DNA of 32,000 nucleotides from Paralysiella testudinis (GCF_016894345.1 NZ_CP069798.1:2795248-2827247), one strand, 5' to 3'; positions 1 to 9,672 are shown, counted from the stretch's first letter. Notes: generated by a model from the sequence alone, not told the origin. Numbers and translations: made by a program.

Positions 1-1
1 C

Positions 2-1122
2 GGACTGCATTACCTCAAACACGCCTTTGACGAAAGCGATGAAAGCGTATTGGTACGCTGGCTGGAAAACCCCTACTGGCAATATTTTTGCGGCTACTCA
101 TTCCTACAGCACCAACTTCCCTACACCCCACCTCACTGGTCAAATGGCGCCGGCGGGTAGGAGATAAAGCCGAAGCCCTACTGATTGAAACACTGCGCAC
201 AGCCCAAGAAAGCGGTGCCATCCAACCCAGCGAATTTCACCACATCAACGTCGACACCACCGTACAAGAAAAGAACATCACCTTTCCCACAGACGCCAAG
301 CTCTACCACAAAGCCCGGCAAGTATTGGTCAAAGCCGCTCAAGAGCACAATATTCCCTTACGCCAAAGCTATGCGCGCAGCGGCAAGAAAGCCTTCATCC
401 TCAACAACCGCTATCGTCATGCCCGCCAATACAAACGTGCCAACAAAGCCTGCAAAACTTTAAAAAACTACCTTGGCCGCATCATTCGCGAACTGGAACG
501 CAAAGGCAGCCAAACCGATCAAGCCCTACAAAGCCTATTGGATCGCGCCCGACTGATTTACCGACAACAAACCGGCGACACCAACAAAATCTACAGTTGG
601 CATGAAACCGCAGTGCATTGCATCGGCAAAGGCAAAGCACACAAAAAATACGAATTCGGTAATAAAGTTTCCCTCGTCAGCAGCTCGAAGAACAACTGGG
701 TATTGAGTGCCCAAGGATTAGCCAACCCTTACGACGGGCATACACTGGCTGATGCATTGGCACACATGCAGCAAGTGTGTGGGCATAGCCCGCAACATGT
801 CTACTGTGACCAAGGATACCGGGGACATCAACAAAACGGATCGGGCAAGCCTATCATCCATCTGGTCGGTAAGATTCCGAAAACAGCGAGCCGCAGTATG
901 AAAAGATGGATGAAACGCAGAGCAGCAATAGAACCGATAATAGGCCACTTAAAGGCGGATAACCGTATGGGCAGAAACCACCTGAAAGGGGAAGCAGGCA
1001 ACCGTTTGAACCCGATTCTGGCTGCCGCTGCCTACAACCTGCGCAAATTACTGGCGTGGTTGTATTTTTGGCTTATGGGGTGGGTGGGAGAGAGTCGGGA
1101 AGAATGGATTCTTCAGGGGTGA
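2..1122 (+). pseudogene. IS5-family (IS5-group) DDE transposase; 5' end runs off the window and the gene is frameshifted
   Basis: ORF 88-1122 carries IS5-group motifs (HINVDTTVQEKNITFPTDAKLYHK ... AAIEPIIGHLKADNRMGRNHLKG). The conserved N-terminus (LHYLKHAFDESDESVLVRWLENPYWQYFCGYSFLQHQLP) is in frame 2 from nt 2. It joins frame 1 (LHPTSLVKWRRRVG) only if one C is added to the CCC run at 119-121. Confidence 0.8.
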
Positions 1123-1163
1123 CAAAATAAAACCCCTTGCAAAACAAAGGGTTTTAAAATTTC

Positions 1164-1256
1164 TGGCGGAGAACGAGGGATTCGAACCCTCGATACAGGT
1201 TTTGCCCGTATGCACCCTTAGCAGGGGTGTGCCTTCGACCACTCGGCCAGTTCTCC
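1164..1256 (-). tRNA. tRNA-Ser (anticodon GCU)
   Basis: The reverse complement reads GGAGAAC-TG-GCCGAGTGGTCGAAGGC-A-CACCC-CTGCTAA-GGGTG, then a long variable arm, GAGGG-TTCGAAT-CCCTC, GTTCTCC-G-CCA. This is a class II cloverleaf with an encoded CCA. Confidence 0.9.
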
Positions 1257-1322
1257 GTTAGGAAGCCGGAACTATACCCAAGGCAAAATAAAGTGTCAAG
1301 CCCCTTATGCAATATGCTTCGA

Positions 1323-1954
1323 TTAAACAAAAAAGCGCACCACTTCCATTAGCAGACCAACCGCAATCAGAGCGTAAATCACCGCGCAGCTGCGGTTTAA
1401 ATACAATAAGCGCCGCCCTTGTTTTAGCCATTGCGCCAAGCTGCGGCCGGATAAAACATAAATCAGCTGCCATAGGGTTTCAATCACAAAAAAGCTGGCC
1501 ATCAGAATCAGGTATTGCGGCAGCTGCGGCTGGTTGTGGTTAACAAATTGTGGGAAGAATGCTGCAAAAAACAAAATCGCTTTCGGATTGGATAAAGACA
1601 CCGCTAAGCCCACTTTAAACAAGCGCACACGGCTGGGCTGCACGCGCACCAAAGGCCCTTCTAAGGGGCGCCTTGTGCTTGCCATGCCTGCCAGCCCAAA
1701 TACAGCAAATACACCGCACCCACGGCTTTGAGAGCCTGAAACACCACCGGCATTTGAGTACTCACCAACGACACGCCCGCAATCGACAGGCACAGCAAAA
1801 TCAGCAAGCCGCAACTCAGCCCGGCCAAGGTATACAGTGTTTTGCGGGTGCCGTAATTCAGGCCATATTGAAACGCCAGCAACATATTCGGCCCTGGCGT
1901 GGCCGAAATGAATAAGGTGCTGGCAACAAACAGCCACCAACTGCTCCATGTCAT
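1323..1954 (-). pseudogene. LysE/RhtB-family amino-acid exporter, split by a frameshift
   Basis: The N-terminal half (ORF 1661-1954, MTWSSWWLFVASTLFISATPGPNMLLAF...) and C-terminal half (in ORF 1323-1970, ...LSNPKAILFFAAFFPQFV...) are in different frames. One extra C in the minus-strand C4 run (G4 at 1665-1668) would give ...QAQGAPLEGPLVRVQ.... Confidence 0.7.
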
Positions 1955-2214
1955 GATTTATCCAACACAATTAAAATAATGCTTTTAATAAATAAAATTA
2001 TGCACTGATTGGCAAACGCTGCCTGAAACCATCGAATTTGTCATTCCCAAGCCGGATTCAACAATCCATTGTGAAAATAAACCGATATAGCCACAATACA
2101 GAAACAGCATCAATATCAATGATTTTAAAACAGATGGTTTTATCTACTTCTTGTCTGGCAATGGATTGCCGAATCCGGTTCGGCAATGACGGCTTTATAT
2201 TTCAGGCAGCCTTA

Positions 2215-2373
2215 GAGCCTGTTCACGATCTTTTTTGTAGCGGATTTTAGTGCAGAAACGGGTACAGGCAAGGCAAAAAGCACAGCCAAAGCCAGCTTTG
2301 GCGCGCATTTTTAACGCAGCATGCGCCTGTTTATGTGCTGAAAGCAGCACAATAAAAGATTTTGAACAGGCCC
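2215..2373. mobile_element. 159-bp palindromic MITE, copy 1 (intact)
   Basis: Terminal inverted repeats GAGCCTGTTCACGATCTTTT / AAAAGATTTTGAACAGGCCC. TTA flanks both sides (2212-2214 and 2374-2376). About 94% identical to the split copy at 30531-31469. Internal hairpin GTGCTG-AAAG-CAGCAC. Confidence 0.75.
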
Positions 2374-2378
2374 TTAAA

Positions 2379-3387
2379 TGTTTAGTCCCTGAATTTTATG
2401 GAGTATCATTACCCCAATTAAAAGAGACCGACTTATGGCAAGCATATTGCATGGTAACGCCAAGACTACGCCTAGAATCAGAAAAGAAATACAAGAGTCT
2501 GAAGAGAGCATCGCAGCGTTAGCTAAAAATACAATATTAATTTCAAAACCGTTCTCTACTGGAAACACGCAGATTCGGTCGAAGATAAAAAGTCCGGCCC
2601 CAAAACCCGCCCCAGCGTGTTGACCGAATCGGAGCAGCAGGCAATCTGTACCGTCCGGCGACATCTGCGGCTGTCATTGGACGAGCTGTATATCATCTTC
2701 AAGCCCAATATTCCAAAGCTGAGCCGCTCCAATCTGCACCGGTGCTTGCAACATCACGGATTGTCGCGCTTACCCAAGAATGAATCCGATGGCCAAAAAG
2801 GTAAAAAACATTCAAACAATATCCGGTTGGCTTTGTCCATATCGACATCACCGAGGTGCGTTGTGAAACCGGCAAGCTGTACCTGTTTGTCGCCATCGAC
2901 CGCAAAACCAAATATGTTTATGCAGAACTTCATCCGCGTATGACGCAGAAAACCGCCGTTTCTTTTCTGCGCAACCTACAACAAGATTGTGTGTTTAAAA
3001 TCACCCATATCCTAACGGACAACGGTGCGCAGTTTACCTACAACTTGCTGAGCCAAGCACAACGGCCTGATAAGGAGCATCCGTTTGACGAGCTTTGCCG
3101 GCATTTGGGCATTGAGCACCGTACCACGAAATTCCGTCATCCATGGACGAACGGGCAGGTGGAGATTACCAACAAGATGCTGAAAGAGGTAACGGTCAAA
3201 CGCTTCCACTATGAGCATCCTGACGAACTTAAACGGCACTTGATGGTATTTTTGCTGTATTACAACCATCAACGCCCCTTACGGTCGTTGAAGTACAAAA
3301 CGCCTTGGCAGGCTTTGGAAGATTGCTATAATCTAGAGCCTGAATTGTTTCGTGAAAATCCATTCCAGAAGATTATGGGTCTTAACA
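2379..3387 (+). mobile_element. IS481-family insertion sequence (about 1009 bp) with a 6-bp target duplication
   Basis: Imperfect terminal inverted repeats TGTTTAGTCCCTGAATTTTATGG (2379-) and the reverse complement of 3387- (TGTTAAGACCCATAATCTTCTGG). Direct repeat CTTAAA at 2373-2378 and 3388-3393. Confidence 0.75.
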
Positions 3388-3392
3388 CTTAA
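2435..3392 (+). pseudogene. IS481-family DDE transposase, split into three frames
   Basis: ORFs 2435-2623, 2617-2943 and 2856-3392 together give HGNAKTTPRIRKEIQESEESIAALAK / KYNINFKTVLYWKH...SNLHRCLQHHGLSRLP / FKQYPVGFVHIDITEV...LYLFVAIDR...TDNGAQF...HPWTNGQVE...YNHQRP. The frames rejoin if one A is added to A5 at 2525-2529 and one A to A6 at 2803-2808. The stop TAA (3390-3392) lies in the target duplication. Confidence 0.8.
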
Positions 3393-3545
3393 ATAAATGG
3401 CTGCCTGAAACCTTCACGCTACAACGCTTTGATTTTGCCAAGCCGGAATGCGTACAACTGAAGCCTTGCTTCAAACTGGGCACCTGCCTGCGCAGGTGCG
3501 ACACGGCTTTTCAGGCAGCCTAAAAGTGGCATAAAACAACGGCCA

Positions 3546-4205
<660 letters not shown>

Positions 4206-4522
4206 TCAAGCTAAAAATCTGGTCAATATTTGCAAATCATTGTTTAAAAATGGAATATAGTTTTAGCAGGCGGGTGCAGGCGTTCCCCTGCGGGTCGGGC
4301 TTGCATGGCTGCGCCACTCAACCGCTACGCGTTTTCGCCGTTCCGGTGCTAATCCCTAACGCAAGACCTTGGGGCTTTGCCCCAAACCCCACACTCGCCG
4401 TGAGGCAGCTGGTGGGGCGATAAAACCACCCCACCAGCAGCCAGGAGCGTTTTTTGGGTGGGTTCTACGTCAAGGGGTATTCATAAAGGCTGCGCCTTTA
4501 CAAAGCTTCCCCTTGACTTCAT

Positions 4523-5494
4523 TTATACGGGTTCGGGATTCAGGCGTTTGGGGTCAAACGGTTGGCCGCTCTTGAGTACGGCATAACAGTAGGTGAGCAG
4601 TTTACGCATGAGGGCGCAGATGATTTGTTTGTTGTGTTTGCCATTATCACGCATGCGCTGGATAAAGGGCTTGAATTCGGGTAGGCGGAAGGCCACGACG
4701 GCGGGCATGTAAAGGGCGGTGCGGATGAATTTGTCACCCATCTTTGAAATCGCCAAGTAGCTGGTTTTCTTGGTGCCAGACTGTTTGATGATGGGGTTTA
4801 AACCGACAAACTTGGTCACTGCGCGGTTGCTGTTGAATTCTCTTTCGGCAAAAAGGGCGAGCAGGTGGGGTACGGTGGCGTCACCTACCGCCCTAACGGT
4901 CTTTAGTAAGTCGGCCTTTTGTTGCAGTGATTCATCAGCGGCAATGTGGGCTTGAATGGCGGCTTGAACTTCGGCTATTTGCTGGCGAAGGTTATCTATT
5001 GTTTTGTCGATGAAATCATGTATTGAAGGATGGGCAACCTGCAAACGGTTAAGCTGTGCGGTATGCATGTCTTTGTAATAGTCAAGCTGGCGCGTGAGGG
5101 CTTTGAGCTGCCGTTCTGATGGGCTGGGCGGGGTGTACAGGTCGGGCTTGATATCGGCACAAAAACGGGCAATGATTTTGGCATCTTGCTTGTCGGTCTT
5201 GACACACTGAAGTTTGGTGTTGGCGTATGATTTGATGGCAAAAGGGTTGACGACGGAAACAAGGTGGCCGTGGTCGTGCAGGTAGTCGGCGATGGCTTCG
5301 GAATAGGTTCCTGTGGCTTCGCAACAGGCGTGGACTTGGGGGGTGTATTTGGCTATCCACTCAGACAGCTTTTCAAAGCCTGTTGGATCGTTTTTGATAA
5401 CGCGGTGGAAATAACGGTCGTTCATTTTCAAACAGGCGTCAATTTTTGACTTTGAGACATCTAAACCAAGGTAAACAGCGGTGGTGGTGTTCAT
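4523..5494 (-). CDS. IS110-family DEDD (Piv-like) transposase/recombinase, presumed prophage integrase
   Basis: N-terminal RuvC-like DEDD layout (YLGLDVSKSKID, CCEATGTYSE, KTDKQDAKIIA). C-terminal Transposase_20-like region (FVGLNPIIKQSGTKK...SKMGDKFIRTALYMPA). SD GAGGGGG lies 6 nt before the ATG. Confidence 0.9.
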   Translation of the reverse strand: MNTTTAVYLGLDVSKSKIDACLKMNDRYFHRVIKNDPTGFEKLSEWIAKYTPQVHACCEATGTYSEAIADYLHDHGHLVSVVNPFAIKSYANTKLQCVKTDKQDAKIIARFCADIKPDLYTPPSPSERQLKALTRQLDYYKDMHTAQLNRLQVAHPSIHDFIDKTIDNLRQQIAEVQAAIQAHIAADESLQQKADLLKTVRAVGDATVPHLLALFAEREFNSNRAVTKFVGLNPIIKQSGTKKTSYLAISKMGDKFIRTALYMPAVVAFRLPEFKPFIQRMRDNGKHNKQIICALMRKLLTYCYAVLKSGQPFDPKRLNPEPV

Positions 5495-5535
5495 GTAAAA
5501 CCCCCTCTTATATTCAAGCTGGCTTGTGGCCGCCT

Positions 5536-5545
5536 AGGATACTGT
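5536..5545. repeat. Core repeat variant AGGATACTGT (copy M), 42 nt upstream of the recombinase ATG
   Basis: 5511-5549 is homologous to 11487-11529: 14/17 identities, then a 2-nt versus 6-nt indel, then CCGCCTA(G/A)GATACTGTTCA. Confidence 0.6.
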
Positions 5546-5637
5546 TCAGGTTTTAAAACGGGTGAGAACCCCGCCTGCCAATCTTTTGTTCAGGCTCGAA
5601 GCCTAGCTGCTGGGAACGGCTTGGGCGGGGGGACTGC

Positions 5638-5961
5638 TTAAACTACAGGTGCATTATCAGATACAGGTGCAGTATCAATCCATTCAATCAAAAATGCAAA
5701 CGTTGAAGAAATTAATTTAAGCTGCTCAACATCCAAAAAATGCCCTGATAAATTATTATCAATCAAGTTTTTCAACAAAAGCAACTGATTATAAGTCATA
5801 ACAGGCGCAGCAAGTGAATTGTGTACGTTATCAAAAGCAGCTGAAGAAAAAGGCACACAGGAAGATGAAACAGGATAACCGTTAATCGAACCGACAAATG
5901 CATTATCACCGACATGTAAAAATTGGTGATTATTCAAATCAACATCAATTGTCTTACTCAT
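5638..5961 (-). CDS. Hypothetical protein; AT-rich cargo (moron) gene downstream of zot
   Basis: ORF with GAGGA SD and the ATG at 5961. Visibly much lower GC than the rest of the prophage. No signal peptide or transmembrane segment, and no family I recognise. Confidence 0.6.
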   Translation of the reverse strand: MSKTIDVDLNNHQFLHVGDNAFVGSINGYPVSSSCVPFSSAAFDNVHNSLAAPVMTYNQLLLLKNLIDNNLSGHFLDVEQLKLISSTFAFLIEWIDTAPVSDNAPVV

Positions 5962-5971
5962 AAAAAAATCC

Positions 5972-7108
5972 TCACTGAACACTTGTAAACGGTGGCGGCA
6001 TCAAATCAGGCCGCGCTTTGCTGTCTAAGGCCATTACAGACGATTCGGGCGCAGGGGCGGGCGCGGTATTGGCCGTGGTCTGAACCGCCTGCTGCGGCTG
6101 CTTATAGGGGTTATAAATGCCATTCTCTGCGAAGTCAAGGCACAGACCTTTGTCCATGCCCCTAATCGGGGTCGCCTGGTCGGTATAGCAAGTACATTTG
6201 TTACCGGACTTGATACAGCCGACGGGGAACGGCATGGTTTGAATACTGGTGTTGTGCGGGGCGTAAACCGGGGCTGTCCACGGTTTGCCGTCAAGCGCGG
6301 GTTGGAAGTCTTCGGCCTTGAGGGTCTTTGCTTCCTGCGGGTCTGGCTGTTGTTGCTGCGGTTGCGGGTAGTGACCTGCGTCAGTCTGCGGTGCCGCATC
6401 CGCTTCCCCTTTGCCTGCCGCAGGTTCACTTGCCGCTTGCGCGGCAACCTGTTGCATGGTTTGCGGCGATAGCTGGTTTTTCAGGGTTAAGAATGCCCAA
6501 GTGCCCAAGCCTATTGCGGCAAGCAGTGCGATTGGAAACAGGTACACCCACATGCTGCGCCCTGTTTTGATTTTGGTGTGCAATTCGGCGGATTTGTAAA
6601 GTCCGTAAACATTCTTATCCAGTGTGTAGGGTTTGACGAGTGCGTCACGCACATCGCCTTTGTTGTCGGGGTTGCCGCACTTCTGCCATTCCCAAGAACG
6701 GCGGTTGCCAAGCTGGCTTTTGCTCAAGTGAACATGGTTCTCTACAAAGCTTTTGACGTTGATGTCAATCAAACGGGGATGCTGTGTCAGCAGGAATATG
6801 TCAACGCCTTTGTGGCGGTGGGTTTCCATTGCCTGCACGGCAGGCGGAACGGTAGAACCGTTTGAACGTTGCCGCCAATAGCGTTGGCATTCGTCAATGA
6901 CGATGATGGCGTTGGTGGGCAGCCACTCATGCCAGTTGCCGCCGTTGCAGCCTTCGGGTAAAGGTTCGTGAGGGATTTTGTCGGGGTCAACTTCGGGGAT
7001 GCCGTCAATGTACAGGGGTCTGCCCTGAAGGTCTTTGCGGTTTTTAAGCATGGATATCATGCGCAGGGTTTTGCCGGTGCCCGGCTGGCCTGTTATCAGG
7101 TATATCAT
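5972..7108 (-). CDS. Zot/pI-like filamentous-phage assembly ATPase
   Basis: N-terminal Walker A (MIYLITGQPGTGKT), a central transmembrane segment (WVYLFPIALLAAIGLGTWAFL), and a P/Q-rich then Cys-containing C-terminal domain. Position matches inovirus gene I. Confidence 0.9.
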   Translation of the reverse strand: MIYLITGQPGTGKTLRMISMLKNRKDLQGRPLYIDGIPEVDPDKIPHEPLPEGCNGGNWHEWLPTNAIIVIDECQRYWRQRSNGSTVPPAVQAMETHRHKGVDIFLLTQHPRLIDINVKSFVENHVHLSKSQLGNRRSWEWQKCGNPDNKGDVRDALVKPYTLDKNVYGLYKSAELHTKIKTGRSMWVYLFPIALLAAIGLGTWAFLTLKNQLSPQTMQQVAAQAASEPAAGKGEADAAPQTDAGHYPQPQQQQPDPQEAKTLKAEDFQPALDGKPWTAPVYAPHNTSIQTMPFPVGCIKSGNKCTCYTDQATPIRGMDKGLCLDFAENGIYNPYKQPQQAVQTTANTAPAPAPESSVMALDSKARPDLMPPPFTSVQ

Positions 7109-7111
7109 GGC

Positions 7112-7396
7112 TTACTTTCTCATGGTTGCTGTGAGTTGTGCGGTTGCTTTCAGGCTGGCGATAAAAGTGAAGGCACCAAAAAACCAATTCAGGGCTACGC
7201 CGCCGCCGGAGATATAAAATATCTGGAGGGCATCGGCAGGGATGTTGCCGAGTTGGGTGCTTATCCAACCTGCAAACTTGCCTTGCATATAATCCAGTCC
7301 GACATAGCTTACAAAACCGACACCGAGGGCGGAAATGACTTTGCCCGCGAAGGTCATCAGGACGCTGGTGAGCATCATGGCGAGGGTGTTTTTCAT
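7112..7396 (-). CDS. Small inovirus membrane protein (pVI / DUF2523-like by position)
   Basis: 94 aa with two or three hydrophobic segments, immediately upstream of zot as in other inoviruses. Confidence 0.65.
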   Translation of the reverse strand: MKNTLAMMLTSVLMTFAGKVISALGVGFVSYVGLDYMQGKFAGWISTQLGNIPADALQIFYISGGGVALNWFFGAFTFIASLKATAQLTATMRK

Positions 7397-7397
7397 G

Positions 7398-9062
7398 TCA
7401 CAGGCTCCTAGTGGCGCTATAGGCCATGCCCATGGAAATCACCATCGCCATCATGATAATCATGGGTCTTACCATGCCCGCGAAATCGCACATGGGCTGA
7501 TAGCTGATTTGAAAGCTTTTTGACATGACGTCAAATGAGAGCGGGCGGGGGCAGATGCCAGAGGTGTTAAAGATGTTAGCAGGCTGGAAATCCAATTTGC
7601 GTTGTTCGGACGGGATAACGGGGTCTTCGTAGTCGGCATTGCCAAGGTCTGCACACATAGCCGATTTGGGGTTTTGTGAGCAGATGTCGGGTGCGCTGGC
7701 CGTGGCGGGTTCGGTGGGCTTGGTTTCGCCCGGGGTTGTTGTGCTGGGGCTACCGGGGATAGGAGCAGTGGGAATTTCGGCACGGGTCGGGGCTTGGCTG
7801 CTGTGCGGAGCTAGGTCGGGGCGAGGGATTGTTGTTGCGGTAACGCTGCCATCGGCCTGAACTTTGAACTGGGTTTGTTGGGGGGTGTTTGTTCCAGCAG
7901 GGGTGTATGCGCTGGTTAAAAAGGTGTTGTTGGTGACGTTGTTGCTGTCTACCGTTGTTGTTGTGTTGCCAGCATTTGCAACACCGCTGCCTGTGATGGC
8001 ATTAAGTAGGTCTGTGTTGTTGCGGTTGGTGTCGTTAAGCAGTTGCGCCAGCAAATTGATGATGGCGGCTTCGCCCGGCAGAACTTGGTCAATTGTCGGG
8101 GCGTTTTGTTCGTTGTATCTGATGATATCTGCTGCGCTGGCATCGGTTTTATAAAGCTGTATCCAGTTCCCCTTTTCCGCAGGCAGTTGCGGCCACACTT
8201 CGACATCGCCGAAACGCATGGGAAATGTCAGTTCGTAATTCTGGCTTTGTATCATTGTCCAGTCGACTGAATTCGACGGAATAATAATTGTGCGCACGAG
8301 GTTGAGGTTGCCGCCCCACTCGGTGATAGTGAGCTTTGAATATTGCTTGTAAGCGGCGGGGTCAATCGGCTTTTTTGATGCTTGGTAGTTGTCATACAGC
8401 TGGCGGGCTTTGGCTTCTGATTGTTGCTGTAGTGGTGCGGTGGGGATTGCATCGTTGTTGAGGTTTGCGTTAAGACGTGAGCCGATGCCTGTCCAGTCAA
8501 AGAGTTTGCCGACGGCAGCAGCAACGTCAGACCATGAGCCGTTTTCCATGCCGCGCACGAACTGGTCGGCAGCACCGTTCTGCTTTAGGTTGCCGAGGTG
8601 GTTTACGGCCATGTCGGCGACAATCAGACCGCCCAAACCTTGTGCCATGCGGCTTGTGGGGGGCATTTGGGTGCTGGTGGTGATTTTGCCTTGGGCGGTG
8701 GCACCGTAAGTGTCTTTCATAACAACGTTTAATTCTTTAACGCCGTGGACGAAACCGCCAGCAGCTCCACCCATATAGCGAGTGTTGCGGTATTGCGGGG
8801 TTGGTCCAGAGCCAGCACCAGGGGGATTTGAAAAACGATACTCACCATTTGGACCATAAAGACCACTGGGGTTAATATGACTACCGTAAACCGTTGAACC
8901 ATTCGGGGCACGGCCAATTGCCGCTTGCCCCGTACTATCAACATAAACAGTAGCATCAGCCCGCGCCAACCCACTTACCCCCATCAAGGCCAAAACAGCA
9001 GCACAAACGGCAACGCTACGGCCAAGCCGATATAAAAATAGTCGGTCATTAATCACTCTCAT
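7398..9062 (-). CDS. pIII-like minor coat / adsorption protein
   Basis: Signal peptide (...VLALMGVSGLARA), Gly-rich and Thr/Pro-rich linker tracts, and a C-terminal membrane anchor (MVRPMIIMMAMVISMGMAY). It is the largest ORF and sits in the gene-III position. Confidence 0.75.
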   Translation of the reverse strand: MRVINDRLFLYRLGRSVAVCAAVLALMGVSGLARADATVYVDSTGQAAIGRAPNGSTVYGSHINPSGLYGPNGEYRFSNPPGAGSGPTPQYRNTRYMGGAAGGFVHGVKELNVVMKDTYGATAQGKITTSTQMPPTSRMAQGLGGLIVADMAVNHLGNLKQNGAADQFVRGMENGSWSDVAAAVGKLFDWTGIGSRLNANLNNDAIPTAPLQQQSEAKARQLYDNYQASKKPIDPAAYKQYSKLTITEWGGNLNLVRTIIIPSNSVDWTMIQSQNYELTFPMRFGDVEVWPQLPAEKGNWIQLYKTDASAADIIRYNEQNAPTIDQVLPGEAAIINLLAQLLNDTNRNNTDLLNAITGSGVANAGNTTTTVDSNNVTNNTFLTSAYTPAGTNTPQQTQFKVQADGSVTATTIPRPDLAPHSSQAPTRAEIPTAPIPGSPSTTTPGETKPTEPATASAPDICSQNPKSAMCADLGNADYEDPVIPSEQRKLDFQPANIFNTSGICPRPLSFDVMSKSFQISYQPMCDFAGMVRPMIIMMAMVISMGMAYSATRSL

Positions 9063-9354
9063 TCCCCCTTTCGGGCAGGGTTTGGATAAATCTCATTAAA
9101 AATCGGAACGACCACGCTACGGCAAACAGCATGATGATGATGCCTGCTACCTGCATTCCTGCGGCAAGGTCGGCTTGGGGGTCACAGGTGCCAAAGCTTA
9201 GGTGCACGGGCTGGCCTGCATGGGTCCATGTGTCACCCTGTTTCACAGGGTGGACAAGGCTGCCGTCAGCGGTGACGGTAGGGACAACCAAGGACATTTG
9301 ATAATCCGTGGCGGCTTCGATGGTGGCGAAGCAGTGGCGGCCTACTCTGTACAT
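9049..9354 (-). CDS. Minor coat / membrane protein of the filamentous phage
   Basis: 101 aa with a C-terminal transmembrane segment (VAGIIIMLFAVAWSF). Overlaps the start of the pIII-like gene by 14 nt. Confidence 0.55.
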   Translation of the reverse strand: MYRVGRHCFATIEAATDYQMSLVVPTVTADGSLVHPVKQGDTWTHAGQPVHLSFGTCDPQADLAAGMQVAGIIIMLFAVAWSFRFLMRFIQTLPERGNESD

Positions 9355-9369
9355 GGTTGTCCCTTTCGT

Positions 9370-9600
9370 TTAGCTGCGGTAAACCAGATTTTTAACGATG
9401 CGGAAGCCGACAGCGGCTACTGCAATCGCCAAGCTGGCTGCGCCTACTGCGGCTACGCCTACCAGCAACCCGGTGAGGGCTTCTACTGCGCCATCCCATG
9501 AGTTGGCGGCGTTGGCTGCGGTGGCGGCAGCGGCGATGGTGATGCCGGTGGCGGCATACTTGGTTTTGGCACTGTGTGCCAGTTGCTTCAGGGTGTTCAT
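9370..9600 (-). CDS. Inovirus major coat protein (pVIII-like)
   Basis: 76 aa. Leader ending ...AATAANA. The mature part has acidic N-terminal residues (SWDGAVEAL), an Ala/Gly/Val-rich hydrophobic core and a basic C-terminus (FRIVKNLVYRS). Confidence 0.85.
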   Translation of the reverse strand: MNTLKQLAHSAKTKYAATGITIAAAATAANAANSWDGAVEALTGLLVGVAAVGAASLAIAVAAVGFRIVKNLVYRS

Positions 9601-9672
9601 GATGCTTTCCTTTATGCCAGCGGGTTAGGAAGGGTTTAAGGCTGCTGGCGTGGCCTTAAATCGGGATTTCTG

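Noticed and set aside
2250-2522. A 90-aa ORF spanning the MITE and the left end of the IS481-family element.
   Set aside because: It reads across two independent mobile-element boundaries, and a near-identical stretch recurs non-coding at 31346-31469.
5962-5968. An A7/T7 tract between the SD and ATG of the cargo gene, and a G6 tract at 5627-5632, considered as phase-variation switches.
   Set aside because: The runs are shorter than those that usually slip at appreciable rates in Neisseriaceae, and no length variants are available for comparison.
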